Assembly (NCBI GenBank): GCA_031409655.1
Contig: JANNXQ010000043.1
Coordinates: forward strand, 1-45,489
DNA length: 45,489 bases
DNA from: Chthoniobacteraceae bacterium
GTDB taxonomy: Bacteria; Verrucomicrobiota; Verrucomicrobiia; Chthoniobacterales; Chthoniobacteraceae
Direction of reading: 5' to 3'
The translations under genes were made by a program, and so were the position numbers. Below, one piece after another: positions 29,718 to 39,531 of the stretch. How positions within the stretch are numbered: position 1 is the stretch's first letter; every line of letters starts with the position of its first letter. Below the pieces are notes generated by a model. The model was not told the origin of the DNA. It worked only from the letters and a program-made list of their open reading frames with translations, and made no database searches.

Positions 29718-29864
29718 GGGGATTGGAGCGGGATGGCGGAGTAGCAAACCTGCGGAGATCGCGCGGTTGAAGGAGGAAGTGCGGCGAAGGCGATCGCTGG
29801 CGAGCACCGGCGCGACACATCAGCATTGTCACTTTCCCGCGAAATGCGGAGCGTGGGCGGCTGC

Positions 29865-31037
29865 ATGAAAAGAAAGCGCATCGTCGTCATGGGCTTCATG
29901 GCCAGTTGCCCGATCGCGGGCGTCGTCTGGCAGCACATCCACTACATCGTCGGCCTGCAACGGCTGGGGCATGAGGTCTATTACGTCGAGGATTCGGCGC
30001 GGCTGCCTTACGACCCGACGACTTTCGAAGTCACCAATGACTTTGGCTACGCGCTGAAAAATCTCTCGCGACTCGCGGCGCAGTTTGGCTTTGAAGACCG
30101 CTGGGCTTTTTGCGCGCGCTACCTGCCGGGCGAGCCTTGTCACGGCCTGCCGATGTCCACGGTGCGGGATCTCTATAAGACTGCGGACGCGATCCTGAAC
30201 GTCTGCGGCACGCAGGAGATGAATGCCGATCTGCTCGCCAGCGAGCGCATCCTGTATGTCGAAAGTGACCCCGGCGTGGAGCAGATCCTCGTCGATCAGG
30301 GCGATCCGAAGCCGATCGAATATCTCGCGCGCCACGGGAAGCTCTTCACTTTCGGCGAGTTCATCGGCACGGCCAATTTCCCCGTGCCGTTGCATCAGTT
30401 TCAGTGGCTGCCAACGCGTCAGCCGGTGGTCACGGACTTTTGGAAGACGGCTGCGCCTCCGCCAGCGGGCGCAGTCTTCACGTCGATCGCGAACTGGAAC
30501 ACGAGCAACCTCAAGGACATCGAGTGGCGCGGGGACAAGTATCTGTGGAGCAAATCGCTGGAGTTCCTGCGTTTCATCGAAGCGCCGAAGCGCGTCGGCG
30601 AGACCTTTGAACTCGGCACCACCATCCGCGATGCCGCGATCGTCGAGCGTTTCCACGAAAACGGCTGGCGGCTCTCAAACCCTGATCGCATCAGCCTCGA
30701 GCACGATGAGTATGTGAATTTCATCCGCGGCTCGAAGGGCGAGTTCACGGTCGCGAAGGATCAGTATGTGCGGCTGAAGACCGGTTGGTTCAGCGATCGC
30801 ACGGCGTGTTATCTCGCCGCAGGTCGCCCGGCGATCACGCAGGAGACAGGGTTCACGCGTTTCTATGGCGGAAAGCGCGGGCTCTTCGCTTTCACGACGC
30901 TCGAGGAAGTCGCCGAGGCCGTGAAGGAGATCAACGCCGACTACGCGGCGCACTCGCGCGCGGCGTTTGAGATTGCGGCGGAGTATTTCGAAGCGACGAA
31001 GGTGCTCGCGTCGCTCCTCGAGCGCGCGGGGATCTGA
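29865..31037 (+). CDS. Putative GT-B fold glycosyltransferase
   Basis: VGLQRLGHEVYYVED N-terminus; GWFSDRTACYLAAGRPAITQETG C-terminal nucleotide-sugar-binding-like segment. Confidence 0.7.
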   Translation: MKRKRIVVMGFMASCPIAGVVWQHIHYIVGLQRLGHEVYYVEDSARLPYDPTTFEVTNDFGYALKNLSRLAAQFGFEDRWAFCARYLPGEPCHGLPMSTVRDLYKTADAILNVCGTQEMNADLLASERILYVESDPGVEQILVDQGDPKPIEYLARHGKLFTFGEFIGTANFPVPLHQFQWLPTRQPVVTDFWKTAAPPPAGAVFTSIANWNTSNLKDIEWRGDKYLWSKSLEFLRFIEAPKRVGETFELGTTIRDAAIVERFHENGWRLSNPDRISLEHDEYVNFIRGSKGEFTVAKDQYVRLKTGWFSDRTACYLAAGRPAITQETGFTRFYGGKRGLFAFTTLEEVAEAVKEINADYAAHSRAAFEIAAEYFEATKVLASLLERAGI

Positions 31038-31070
31038 TCCGGATCGCAGAATAGTGATTCCGCAGATGAT

Positions 31071-32282
31071 TCAAAATTGCCAGCCTGCGGCGAACGAAAG
31101 ACCGTGCCCAATGAAGTCGTATTTGCCATCGGCGCTCTGGCCAGCGAGCGAAGGCTGGCTGCCGCGCACCTCCGTTTCGGGGCCGTAACCCAGGTTGTAG
31201 GTCAGACCCAGGCTCCATTGCTCGGTACGGTAAGTGAAGCCGAGGCTGAACACGTGCAGGTCGATATTTGGTATCGCGGGATTGAAATTGCGGTCTGGAG
31301 TGGCGCTCTCGCCGAAAAAGTAACCGGCGCTCACGGAAAATCCGTTGGCAAATTTGAGAGTGGCGCCCACCTTATAAGTCCAGGCAGAGCGCCAATCGAA
31401 GATTTGCGTGGCATCGCCGGAAGGTAGCCGGAAGCGAACGGCGCCAACATCCTCCCAATCTGTCCAATCAGCATTGAATTCAAGATTCCAATTGATGGTA
31501 GGTCGGAAGGAGTAACCGAACATGACATGCTGGGGGAAATCGAACTCGAAGCTCGCGCGTCCATTGCGCAGCGGAAGCGGAATATCACTCTGCACATGGG
31601 CGGAGCCTTCAAAGTTCATGTGGCTCGCGCTCCGATACATGAGGCCGAAAGAATGCTCCGGTGCCGGTTGCCAGAGCAGCCCGGCGGTGAAGCCATAGCT
31701 CCACCCTTCGGCATCGACCCGCAGTTCGTCTCCCGGAAAGGCGATGCCGCGCCGCAGATCCGCGTGGCCATAATTGGCGGTGAGACCGGCAGCGACAGAT
31801 AAGTTACCGCGGAGCTTGAACGCAATGACGGGATTGATGCTGACGAATTGCAGTTGGCTCTTGGTGGCGTAAGTGCGGAAGGGCGACTCGTCCGGCCATT
31901 GCGAGCCAAGACCATAGGGCGAATAGATGCCCAGGCCAACCGTGGCCTGGGCAATGGCTAGGGTGCGCGTGTAAAAGATTTGCGCGATTGTCTGCACGCG
32001 GTCAGGCGTATCCGAAAATTCACCGGTTCCGGGAGCGCGATGGGTCGCGTTGACCATGATGTGATAGGTGCCGAGCTGAAGCTGGCTGCCCTCGAGCTGA
32101 GTAATGCCAGCCGGGTTGTAATAGATCGCAGAAGGCCGGTCGGCAGTTGCGGTAAAAGCTTCGCCGCGTGCGGTGGCTTCCGGGTCTTGATGCAGGACGC
32201 GGATCCCGAGTGCCTGGACGCGCGGCGTGCAAAATAAGGAACAGATTGCCGGAAGGACGACTAATAAGCCTCGGGTTGACAT
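31071..32282 (-). CDS. FadL/OmpP1 family outer-membrane channel for hydrophobic compounds
   Basis: Start placed at MSTRGLLVV (signal peptide); hatch ARGEAFTATADRPSAIYYNPAG; YSPYGL, INPVIAFK; terminal Phe (GWQF). Confidence 0.9.
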   Translation of the reverse strand: MSTRGLLVVLPAICSLFCTPRVQALGIRVLHQDPEATARGEAFTATADRPSAIYYNPAGITQLEGSQLQLGTYHIMVNATHRAPGTGEFSDTPDRVQTIAQIFYTRTLAIAQATVGLGIYSPYGLGSQWPDESPFRTYATKSQLQFVSINPVIAFKLRGNLSVAAGLTANYGHADLRRGIAFPGDELRVDAEGWSYGFTAGLLWQPAPEHSFGLMYRSASHMNFEGSAHVQSDIPLPLRNGRASFEFDFPQHVMFGYSFRPTINWNLEFNADWTDWEDVGAVRFRLPSGDATQIFDWRSAWTYKVGATLKFANGFSVSAGYFFGESATPDRNFNPAIPNIDLHVFSLGFTYRTEQWSLGLTYNLGYGPETEVRGSQPSLAGQSADGKYDFIGHGLSFAAGWQF

Positions 32283-32396
32283 GCCACTGCTCTGGCAAAT
32301 TGTCGCCGAAGAGACAAGATTTTTCTCTGGGAATTTTGGCGCTTGACCTGCCCGCGCGGATTGCGCAGAAAAGTGGAGGTAGATCTCTGGAAGCTT

Positions 32397-33338
32397 ATGG
32401 CTAAATATCAAGTTTACGGCGGGAACTTCATGCTCCCGCACCCCTATAAAATAACGGATGTGAAGGGTTACGGCGTGGCTCTGGATGGCGATATTGGGAA
32501 GCTGAACCGCCTGGTGCATCGCCTGCTCAATCGGGAGAACGATTCCCGAAATTACTACGTGGTGTCGCCGACGGTGCTTTTCACCTTCATGCGGATGGGT
32601 TGCATGCAGTGTGCGGCGATGCCGGAGAGGGGCTTCTTTGTCGAACGCGAGTTGAATGTTACGCTCCTGCTCGCGGCGGTTGATGTCAAAGCGATGACCG
32701 TGCAACTGGCCTGGTATATGCCCTATCTCTGGCTGGATAGCGGCCCGGCGCTGACTGCGGGGCGGGACATCTATGGATTTCCCAAGATGATCGCGGATGT
32801 CGCGCTGCCGGGGTTGGGCGAAGCGGCGGACTTTTCGGCGCACGCCGAGGTATTTCACGCGCCGCTCCCATCGGTGGCGATCAAGCGGGAGATTTTCCGC
32901 GCCTGCCGCAGCGCGGGGGGGCTCGTGGAGCAACAGAGTAACGCGACCAATGCGGGCGAGGCTCTGGGCATCCTCTTGAAACAGGTGCTGGAGATAGACC
33001 CGATTCTAGTCCAGATGCTCGGCTTTGCGCTGCCGACCATTGAATTGAACAAGTTGCGCATGGCCTTCATGCGCCAGCTTCCGAGTATCTCCAACTTCGA
33101 AGAGACGAGCTTTCGTTCCACGGCAGAAGCGCCCTTCTCCGTCACGCTGCGCAGCGCAGGTTTGCTCAAAGGGCCTTATGCCGTTTTCATTCCGAAACAC
33201 GAAAGCGTGAAGCTGGCGGAGGAACTCGGCATCCCGAGTGATCCCCAGGGAAACGTGGTGGCAGAAGCAAAGGCGGCCTACCACATGGACTTCGATTTTG
33301 TGCTCGGTCGGGGCAGGGACGTCTGGGTGGAAACCTAA
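32397..33338 (+). CDS. Acetoacetate decarboxylase superfamily protein
   Basis: ERELNV and PYLWLDSGPALTAGRDIYGFPK, containing the family Schiff-base Lys motif; start placed at MAKYQV. Confidence 0.75.
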   Translation: MAKYQVYGGNFMLPHPYKITDVKGYGVALDGDIGKLNRLVHRLLNRENDSRNYYVVSPTVLFTFMRMGCMQCAAMPERGFFVERELNVTLLLAAVDVKAMTVQLAWYMPYLWLDSGPALTAGRDIYGFPKMIADVALPGLGEAADFSAHAEVFHAPLPSVAIKREIFRACRSAGGLVEQQSNATNAGEALGILLKQVLEIDPILVQMLGFALPTIELNKLRMAFMRQLPSISNFEETSFRSTAEAPFSVTLRSAGLLKGPYAVFIPKHESVKLAEELGIPSDPQGNVVAEAKAAYHMDFDFVLGRGRDVWVET

Positions 33339-33355
33339 CCCCGAGCATTGCGAAG

Positions 33356-36300
33356 ATGCCCGAGCCTGCTGCGAGTCTTGTCGCTGGGGGCGCGCAGAGT
33401 GAGGCGTTTGCGGCGTATGTTTCGCCGCTGCTGATCGAGCGGATTGCCTGCGACCGCCCGGTTTTCGGCCAACCGTTTGCGGCCGAGTTCGAGGGGGCTG
33501 TGCTTTTTTCCGACATCACCGGATTCACCGGGCTAACGGAGCGGATCGAGGCCAGCGGCCCCGATGGGGTCGAGCGGCTCTCGGGGCAGTTGAACGCGTG
33601 CTTTTCCCGGCTCATCCAGATCGTCGATGAACATGGGGGAACGGTGGTGAAATTTGCCGGCGATGCCTTGCTGGCGGTATGGCCGGCCGAGGAAGTTTGT
33701 CTGGAAGAGGCCGCCCGGTGCGCGGCGAATTGTGCCCGCGCGATCGTGACCGCCCCCACTGCGGAGGCTTCTTTTGCGGTGAAGGCGAGCGTGGGTGCGG
33801 GTGGCGTGGTCCATGCAATCTTCGGCGGCACGGGAGGGCGCTGGGTCTCGATGATCGGGGGCGCGGCCACCGAGGCGGCCCGCGCGGCGATGACGCGGTG
33901 TCGCGTCGGTGAGGTCGCGCTCCCGCCTGCCCGGAGCGTGGGCGTGGGCGCGGCGATGGTGACGGCGCGGCCAAAGCGGCTTAGGGTGCTCCCGGGCGAT
34001 GAGTGGCTGCATGCGCACCTTCCGACCGCGGTGCTCGATCGGATCGCCGCAGACCAGATGGGCTGGATGGCGGAATTTCGGCGGGTGAGCGTCCTTTTTA
34101 TCCAAGTGCTTGGCGTGGAGTTGCGCGCCGCGAGCGACCTTGAGGTCGTCCAGCGCGCCTTGGTCACAATCCAGGCAGAAGTCGCGCGCTGCGGCGGTTC
34201 GATCGACGACACTGGTGAGGACCACAGCGCGCTGGTAGTGGTCGCGGCCTTTGGTCTGCCGGGCGCCACGCATGGCGACGATGCCGCACGGGCGACCCGG
34301 GCCGCGCTCGGCATCGTGGCGGCCTCGCGAGGAGCGGGGCTGCGGGCGGGAATTGGAGTTGGCACGGGGCGGCTTTTCTGCGGGGCGATCGGCAGCGCGG
34401 CGGTGCGCTCATACTCGATGGTGGGCGACGCGATGAATCGCGGCGCGCGGCTGATGCGCCTGGCGCACGACGAGGTGTTGTGCGACGACGAGACGCGCCG
34501 CTCCGCTGCGCGCCATTTGCATTTCGAGTTCCTGCGCCACGAGGTTTTGCAAGGGCGTCGGGGCACGGTGGCGATCCATCGCCCGAGTGAGCGCCGCTGG
34601 CAGGCACCCGCGGCGGGTGGCCTGATCGGCCGCGATGCAGAGCGGCACCTTTTTCGCGAACGTCTGGCGAGCCTGGCCTCGAGCGGAATCGGCGGTGTGA
34701 TCATCCTTGAAGGGGAGGCTGGCATCGGGAAATCCGCCTTGCTGGCGGAATTGCGCGCGGTGGCACGATCCAGCGGCGTCGCTTTTTACCAAGGTGGGGC
34801 GGAGGCGATCGACGCTGCATCCACCTATCACGCATGGCAGCCAGTCTTTCATGAGTTGGTCGGGATCACGGCGGGCATGGATGCGCGCGCCCGCGCGACG
34901 GCCTTGCTCGGCATGCTGGCGGCGAAAGAGGTCGCTGAGCCACCGCTCGCACCGCTTCTTAATCCGATCTTTGGGACGCATCTCCCGGAGAACGCGATCA
35001 CCGCGGAGATGGCGGCGCAGTCGCGCGCCGAGGCGGTGACGCGCATGCTGGTGCAATTGCTCGGGCAGGCTGCCGTGGCTGCCCCTTTGGTGGTGGCAGT
35101 TGAAGATTGCCATTGGCTGGATTCGGCGTCGCTGGCGTTGGCGCTGGCACTCCTGCGCAGCGTGCCGCGCTTCCTGCTCGTCCTCGTGACGCGTCCGCTT
35201 GGCGCGGATGAGCCGGAAACCTGGGCGGCATTGCGGGCGGTCGCCGGGAGCGAGCGCCTGCGGCTCGGCCCGCTCCTTTCTGCGGAGACCGTCATGCTGG
35301 CCCGCCGCCGCCTAGGCGTGCCGCAGCTCGATCCGGCGCTCGTGCGCCTGGTCGGCGAGCGCAGCGGAGGTAACCCTTTTTTCACCGAAGAACTCTGCCA
35401 CGCGCTGCGCGACAGCGGCCACCTGCGCATCGCAGGCGGGCGCTGCCGCCTAGAGCGAGGGAGTTCCGATGAGGGGCCGCTCGATCTTCCGGACACCGTG
35501 CAGGGCGTGGTCAGCGCGCGCATCGACCGGCTCTCGGCGCGCGAGCGGCTCGCCATCAAGGTGGCGAGTGTGAATGGGCGCGCCTTCACGCTGCGGATGC
35601 TGGAATCGGTGCATCCCGTCGAAGCGGATCGACCGCATCTGGGCGAGTGCGTCAAGCGGCTGGTCGCGCTGGATTTCGCCGCGCCGCTCGTGACCCCGGA
35701 GGGCGAGACGTTTGAATTCAAGCACTCCATCGTGCAGGAAGTGGCCTACGGGCAGCTCACCTTCTCTCAACGCCGGCGACTGCACCAGCGCGTTGCCGAG
35801 TGGATCGAGCGGGAAAAGCCGGACGAGGACGCCCTACTCGCACGCCATTGGTCGGAAGCCGAGGTGCCCGAGCGGGCACTGCATTATCTCGACCGCGCTG
35901 GAGGCGAGGCCATCCGCCGCTTTGCCAACCGCGAGGCGGCCGGCTTCCTGATGCGCGCGATCACGCTGGCGCGATCGAGCGGCGCGACGGTCGATCGGCT
36001 CACGCAAGGCCGCTGGCACCGGCAGCTCGGCGAGGCGCGCTTTCACCTCGGACGGCTTCCGGAGTGCCGGAGGGATCTGACCGAAGGAGCGCGGCTGCTC
36101 GGCTGGCCCGTGCCGGGCGGCGCGCTGGCGCTGCCCGTGGCCATCGGGCGGCAGTTCGCGCGGCGGGTCTGGCCGCGGCCGCCGCGGCCGTGCGAGCCTG
36201 GGCAGCGGGAGGGTCTGATCGAGGCGCTTCACTGCTACCAACTGCTCGGGGAAGTGGCCTACTTTACCAATGATCTGGCGACTTGCGGATTTTGCATTTT

Positions 36301-37366
36301 CCATGGAGCGAATCTTGCGGAGTCACTTGGCCCCTCTCCGGCCCTGGCCCGCTTGTATGGCGGCATCGCGGTGCTCGCCGGGATGGCATCGGAGCACCTC
36401 GGTGAGGCGTATCTGCGTCGCGCCACCCGGGCCGTCGAGGCCTGCGACCATCCCTTGACCACCGCCTATTCCGGCATCGTCACCGCGATTTATCTCGGAG
36501 GATTTGGTGCGTGCAGACGGCTGCAACCTCCCCTGCGGACGGGCTGTGAAATCTTCCGCCGCTACGGTGATGGACGCCGCCTTGAGGAGTCGCTCATTCA
36601 CCTCATCTACACCCACTTGCACTGTGGAGACTATGCCGCTTGCGCGCGCCTGCTCGAGGAAATGGGCACCTCCGCGGAAAGCCGCGACGACACCCAAACG
36701 CGCGGCTGGGTGCGCCTCCTGCGCGCGCTCGTCGCGCTGCCCACGGACGGGCCGCACGCGGCGATCGAAATTCTCGGCGGCGATTACGAGACGGGCCTCG
36801 ATGCACTCACCGTTACCGCCATGCACGCCACCGCCGGCATTGCGCGGTGGCGCCTGGGCGATGCCGAACGCGCGCGGCGTCACGCTCTCGCCGCCTTCGC
36901 GCGCAACGAGCAACAGCCGCCCAAGAGTTACGTGATGCTCCTTTACATTGGTTGGGTGGCCGAAGTGTTCCTCGAGCTTGTGCAGCACGCCCCGGCGGAA
37001 TCTCCCCGGCGCCGGAGCGATGCCGACCTTGCGCGCCGGGCTTGCGCTGCGCTGCGCCGATTTGCCAGGTTTTTCCCCGTGGCCCGCGCCCGCGCGGCGC
37101 TCTGCGATGGCCGCTGGCAGGCCATCCGTGGACGGCGCGCCGCGGCCAAGCGCTGCTGGTGGCGGGCGCTCGAGGCCGCGGAGCGCTTCGAGCTACTGCC
37201 GGAGCAAGCGATGGCGCACGGCTTCCTCGGGCAGTGGGGGGACGAGGCTCATCGCACAGCGGCCGCGGCGATTTGGGAGCGCCTCGGCGCGCGCGCAGAG
37301 CTTGACTCCTGGCGGTCTTCCGCGCATAGGATTTTCCCACCCGGAACTCGATCCCAGATTTTATGA
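33356..37366 (+). CDS. Twin class III nucleotidyl cyclase + STAND (AAA_16-like) NTPase + helical/TPR-like region (soluble adenylyl cyclase-like architecture)
   Basis: C1: VLFSDITGFT, VVKFAGDA. C2: FGLP, GIGVGTG, VGDAMNRGARLM. LIGRDAE, Walker A GEAGIGKS, Walker B VVAVEDCHW, GNPFF, ARIDRL, FKHSIVQEVAY, LARHW. Confidence 0.9.
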   Translation: MPEPAASLVAGGAQSEAFAAYVSPLLIERIACDRPVFGQPFAAEFEGAVLFSDITGFTGLTERIEASGPDGVERLSGQLNACFSRLIQIVDEHGGTVVKFAGDALLAVWPAEEVCLEEAARCAANCARAIVTAPTAEASFAVKASVGAGGVVHAIFGGTGGRWVSMIGGAATEAARAAMTRCRVGEVALPPARSVGVGAAMVTARPKRLRVLPGDEWLHAHLPTAVLDRIAADQMGWMAEFRRVSVLFIQVLGVELRAASDLEVVQRALVTIQAEVARCGGSIDDTGEDHSALVVVAAFGLPGATHGDDAARATRAALGIVAASRGAGLRAGIGVGTGRLFCGAIGSAAVRSYSMVGDAMNRGARLMRLAHDEVLCDDETRRSAARHLHFEFLRHEVLQGRRGTVAIHRPSERRWQAPAAGGLIGRDAERHLFRERLASLASSGIGGVIILEGEAGIGKSALLAELRAVARSSGVAFYQGGAEAIDAASTYHAWQPVFHELVGITAGMDARARATALLGMLAAKEVAEPPLAPLLNPIFGTHLPENAITAEMAAQSRAEAVTRMLVQLLGQAAVAAPLVVAVEDCHWLDSASLALALALLRSVPRFLLVLVTRPLGADEPETWAALRAVAGSERLRLGPLLSAETVMLARRRLGVPQLDPALVRLVGERSGGNPFFTEELCHALRDSGHLRIAGGRCRLERGSSDEGPLDLPDTVQGVVSARIDRLSARERLAIKVASVNGRAFTLRMLESVHPVEADRPHLGECVKRLVALDFAAPLVTPEGETFEFKHSIVQEVAYGQLTFSQRRRLHQRVAEWIEREKPDEDALLARHWSEAEVPERALHYLDRAGGEAIRRFANREAAGFLMRAITLARSSGATVDRLTQGRWHRQLGEARFHLGRLPECRRDLTEGARLLGWPVPGGALALPVAIGRQFARRVWPRPPRPCEPGQREGLIEALHCYQLLGEVAYFTNDLATCGFCIFHGANLAESLGPSPALARLYGGIAVLAGMASEHLGEAYLRRATRAVEACDHPLTTAYSGIVTAIYLGGFGACRRLQPPLRTGCEIFRRYGDGRRLEESLIHLIYTHLHCGDYAACARLLEEMGTSAESRDDTQTRGWVRLLRALVALPTDGPHAAIEILGGDYETGLDALTVTAMHATAGIARWRLGDAERARRHALAAFARNEQQPPKSYVMLLYIGWVAEVFLELVQHAPAESPRRRSDADLARRACAALRRFARFFPVARARAALCDGRWQAIRGRRAAAKRCWWRALEAAERFELLPEQAMAHGFLGQWGDEAHRTAAAAIWERLGARAELDSWRSSAHRIFPPGTRSQIL

Positions 37367-39528
37367 GCAAAAAAATCGCAATCCTCGGCGGAGGCATCGG
37401 TGGCTGCGCGGCCGCCTACTGGCTCACCCATCCCGATCAAAAGGGGCAATATGAAGTGACCATTTTTCAGCAGGGCTGGCGCCTCGGAGGCAAAGGTGCG
37501 AGCGGGCGCAACCTCGATGCCGCCATGGGCAATCGCAGCGAGGAGCACGGGCTGCACATCTGGCTGGGCTTTTACCAGAATGCCTTTCACCTCCTGCGCG
37601 AAGCCTACCAGCATATGGGGGCCAATGGTGACTTCACCACCATCGCCACGGCCTTCACCCCGCAGCGCGAGGGGATCATTGCGCAGCGCCGGGGAACCAC
37701 GCGCTCGGCGGTGCCGCTAAGCGGCTGTCTGCCGGCCCTGGGCGGACTCGGGCGCCTGTTGAGCCGAGGTGCCGCGGGACGCGCCGCGCCAGACTGGGAT
37801 TTCTGGGTTTACGACTTTCCACGCTATCACCAGACGCCGGTCGGCGATCCGGTCGAGCCAGGCGATGACCACCCAGTGCCGGGTTTGCCTGAATACATCT
37901 TCCGCGCCTTCAAATGGGTCGTGATCAATGCGAAGACGCTGCTCGCAGTCGTCACGGATCCCGGCCCGCTGCTCGCGATCATCAATGTCCTTGAGGCGCT
38001 CTCCGGCACCCTGGAGGCATTGCCGTCCGATCCCGCTCAGATCGACAAACTCGTGCTTAAAGCGGCGGTCGATGCCCTGCGCACCCTGCGAGATCTTCTC
38101 CATCTCATTATTAGAGGCGACGAGGTGTTTCCAGGCGTGAACCGCGAGCGCGAACGCCTCTACCATGTGCTCGACCTCGCGCTGACCTGCGTCATCGGCG
38201 CTTACGATGGCCGCGTGCTCGAAGCGCCGTATGGCTTCGACAAGCTCGATGACTGCGAGTTTCGCGAGTGGCTCCGGCAGAACCACGCGTTTTATTCCAC
38301 CCTCGACTCCGGCCCAATCAAAGGGCTCTACGACCTGCCCTTTGCCTACAAGGATGGAAAGACGGGGGAAGCCGGCGCAAACCTCGCCGCGGGCGTCGCC
38401 GTGCGCAGCCTAACGCGCATCTTCTTCGGCTACAAAAATGCGTTCGTTTTCAAAATGAACGCCGGCATGGGCGAGACCGTTTTCACGCCCATTTACGAAC
38501 TCCTGAAAGCGCGCAAGGTAAAGTTTGAATTCTTCCACCGCGTCACCGATCTCGGGCTCTCGGACGACGGTCGGGCGCTTGCTAATTTCTCCGTCGAACG
38601 CCAGGCGATCCCGCTCGGTGGCACCTATGATCCACTGCACGCAGTGGATCTGCCGAGTGGCCGGAAGCTACGCGTCTGGCCCGACCGCCCACTCGCCGCG
38701 CGGCTCGTGGAGGGCACGGTCCTGCCGGCGCTCTCCGAGCCCAGTTTTGAGTCTTCCTGGTGCGCCGTGCCGGCAGTGGACGCGCGGAAGATCGAGGTGG
38801 GGCCGGACAAAGAATTTGAGACCTTGGTCCTGGCGATCTCGATCGCGGGGCTCCGCCACGTCGCTCCCGCACTCCTCCGGGCGGACCCCGCATGGAGGCG
38901 CATGCTCGACGAAGTAAAAACCATCCGCACCCAGTGCGCGCAGCTCTGGATGAAGCCAGACACGCAAGGACTCGGCTGGAATCGTCCCGACTCCCATGAG
39001 CCGCCGCTCGTGGATGCCTACATCGACCCGCTCAATACCTGGATGGATCAGAGCGTGATCCTCCAGACGGAGACCTGGCCCGCAAACCGCAAGCCCGGCT
39101 ACCTCGCCTATTTTTGCGGCCCGATGCCGGACGACGATGGGGAGCAGCCCTTTGGCAGTGCCGCCTATCCTGCCAGTCAGACGGCGGCGGCCACCGCCAG
39201 CATGGAGGCTTTTTTCCAAACGGCGATCCGGCCGATCTGGCCCCGCGCCGTCACCAACTCCGGCGCGCTCGATCCCGCCAAGATCTTCGGGATGTACTAC
39301 CGCGCAAATATCGACCCGAGCGAACGCTACGTCCTGAGTGTCGCCGGCAGCACGCGTTTCCGCATCCCGTCCGACAAGTCGGGATTTGGCAATCTTTACC
39401 TCGCTGGCGACTGGACTCGCAATGGCCTTAATGTCGGCTGTGTCGAAGCTGCGGCTATCTCCGGCGCGCAAGCTGCGCGCGGCATCAGTGGCCTGCCCGT
39501 CTCCATCCCTGGCGAAACGGATTTCTAG
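37363..39528 (+). CDS. FAD/NAD(P)-binding oxidoreductase, carotenoid desaturase/amine oxidase-like superfamily
   Basis: ILGGGIGG, RLGGKGAS, EHGLHIWLGFYQNAF, GMGETVFTP, LYLAGDWT...GCVEAAAISG; ATGA overlap with the cyclase stop. Confidence 0.85.
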   Translation: MSKKIAILGGGIGGCAAAYWLTHPDQKGQYEVTIFQQGWRLGGKGASGRNLDAAMGNRSEEHGLHIWLGFYQNAFHLLREAYQHMGANGDFTTIATAFTPQREGIIAQRRGTTRSAVPLSGCLPALGGLGRLLSRGAAGRAAPDWDFWVYDFPRYHQTPVGDPVEPGDDHPVPGLPEYIFRAFKWVVINAKTLLAVVTDPGPLLAIINVLEALSGTLEALPSDPAQIDKLVLKAAVDALRTLRDLLHLIIRGDEVFPGVNRERERLYHVLDLALTCVIGAYDGRVLEAPYGFDKLDDCEFREWLRQNHAFYSTLDSGPIKGLYDLPFAYKDGKTGEAGANLAAGVAVRSLTRIFFGYKNAFVFKMNAGMGETVFTPIYELLKARKVKFEFFHRVTDLGLSDDGRALANFSVERQAIPLGGTYDPLHAVDLPSGRKLRVWPDRPLAARLVEGTVLPALSEPSFESSWCAVPAVDARKIEVGPDKEFETLVLAISIAGLRHVAPALLRADPAWRRMLDEVKTIRTQCAQLWMKPDTQGLGWNRPDSHEPPLVDAYIDPLNTWMDQSVILQTETWPANRKPGYLAYFCGPMPDDDGEQPFGSAAYPASQTAAATASMEAFFQTAIRPIWPRAVTNSGALDPAKIFGMYYRANIDPSERYVLSVAGSTRFRIPSDKSGFGNLYLAGDWTRNGLNVGCVEAAAISGAQAARGISGLPVSIPGETDF

Positions 39529-39531
39529 AGC

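Noticed and set aside
32337..32371. Sigma54-like TGGCGC-N5-CTGC and sigma70-like TTGACC upstream of the ADC-family gene
   Set aside because: Several mismatches to each consensus and no convincing -10 box; not supportable without TSS data.
32283..32933. N-terminal extension of the FadL ORF (620 aa in the track)
   Set aside because: Overlaps the ADC-family gene on the other strand; the signal peptide starts at ATG 32282.
33356..37366. Known Pycsar/CBASS/Avs defence system
   Set aside because: No adjacent cyclic-nucleotide-binding effector or nuclease was seen and the neighbours are metabolic enzymes; kept only as an alternative hypothesis.
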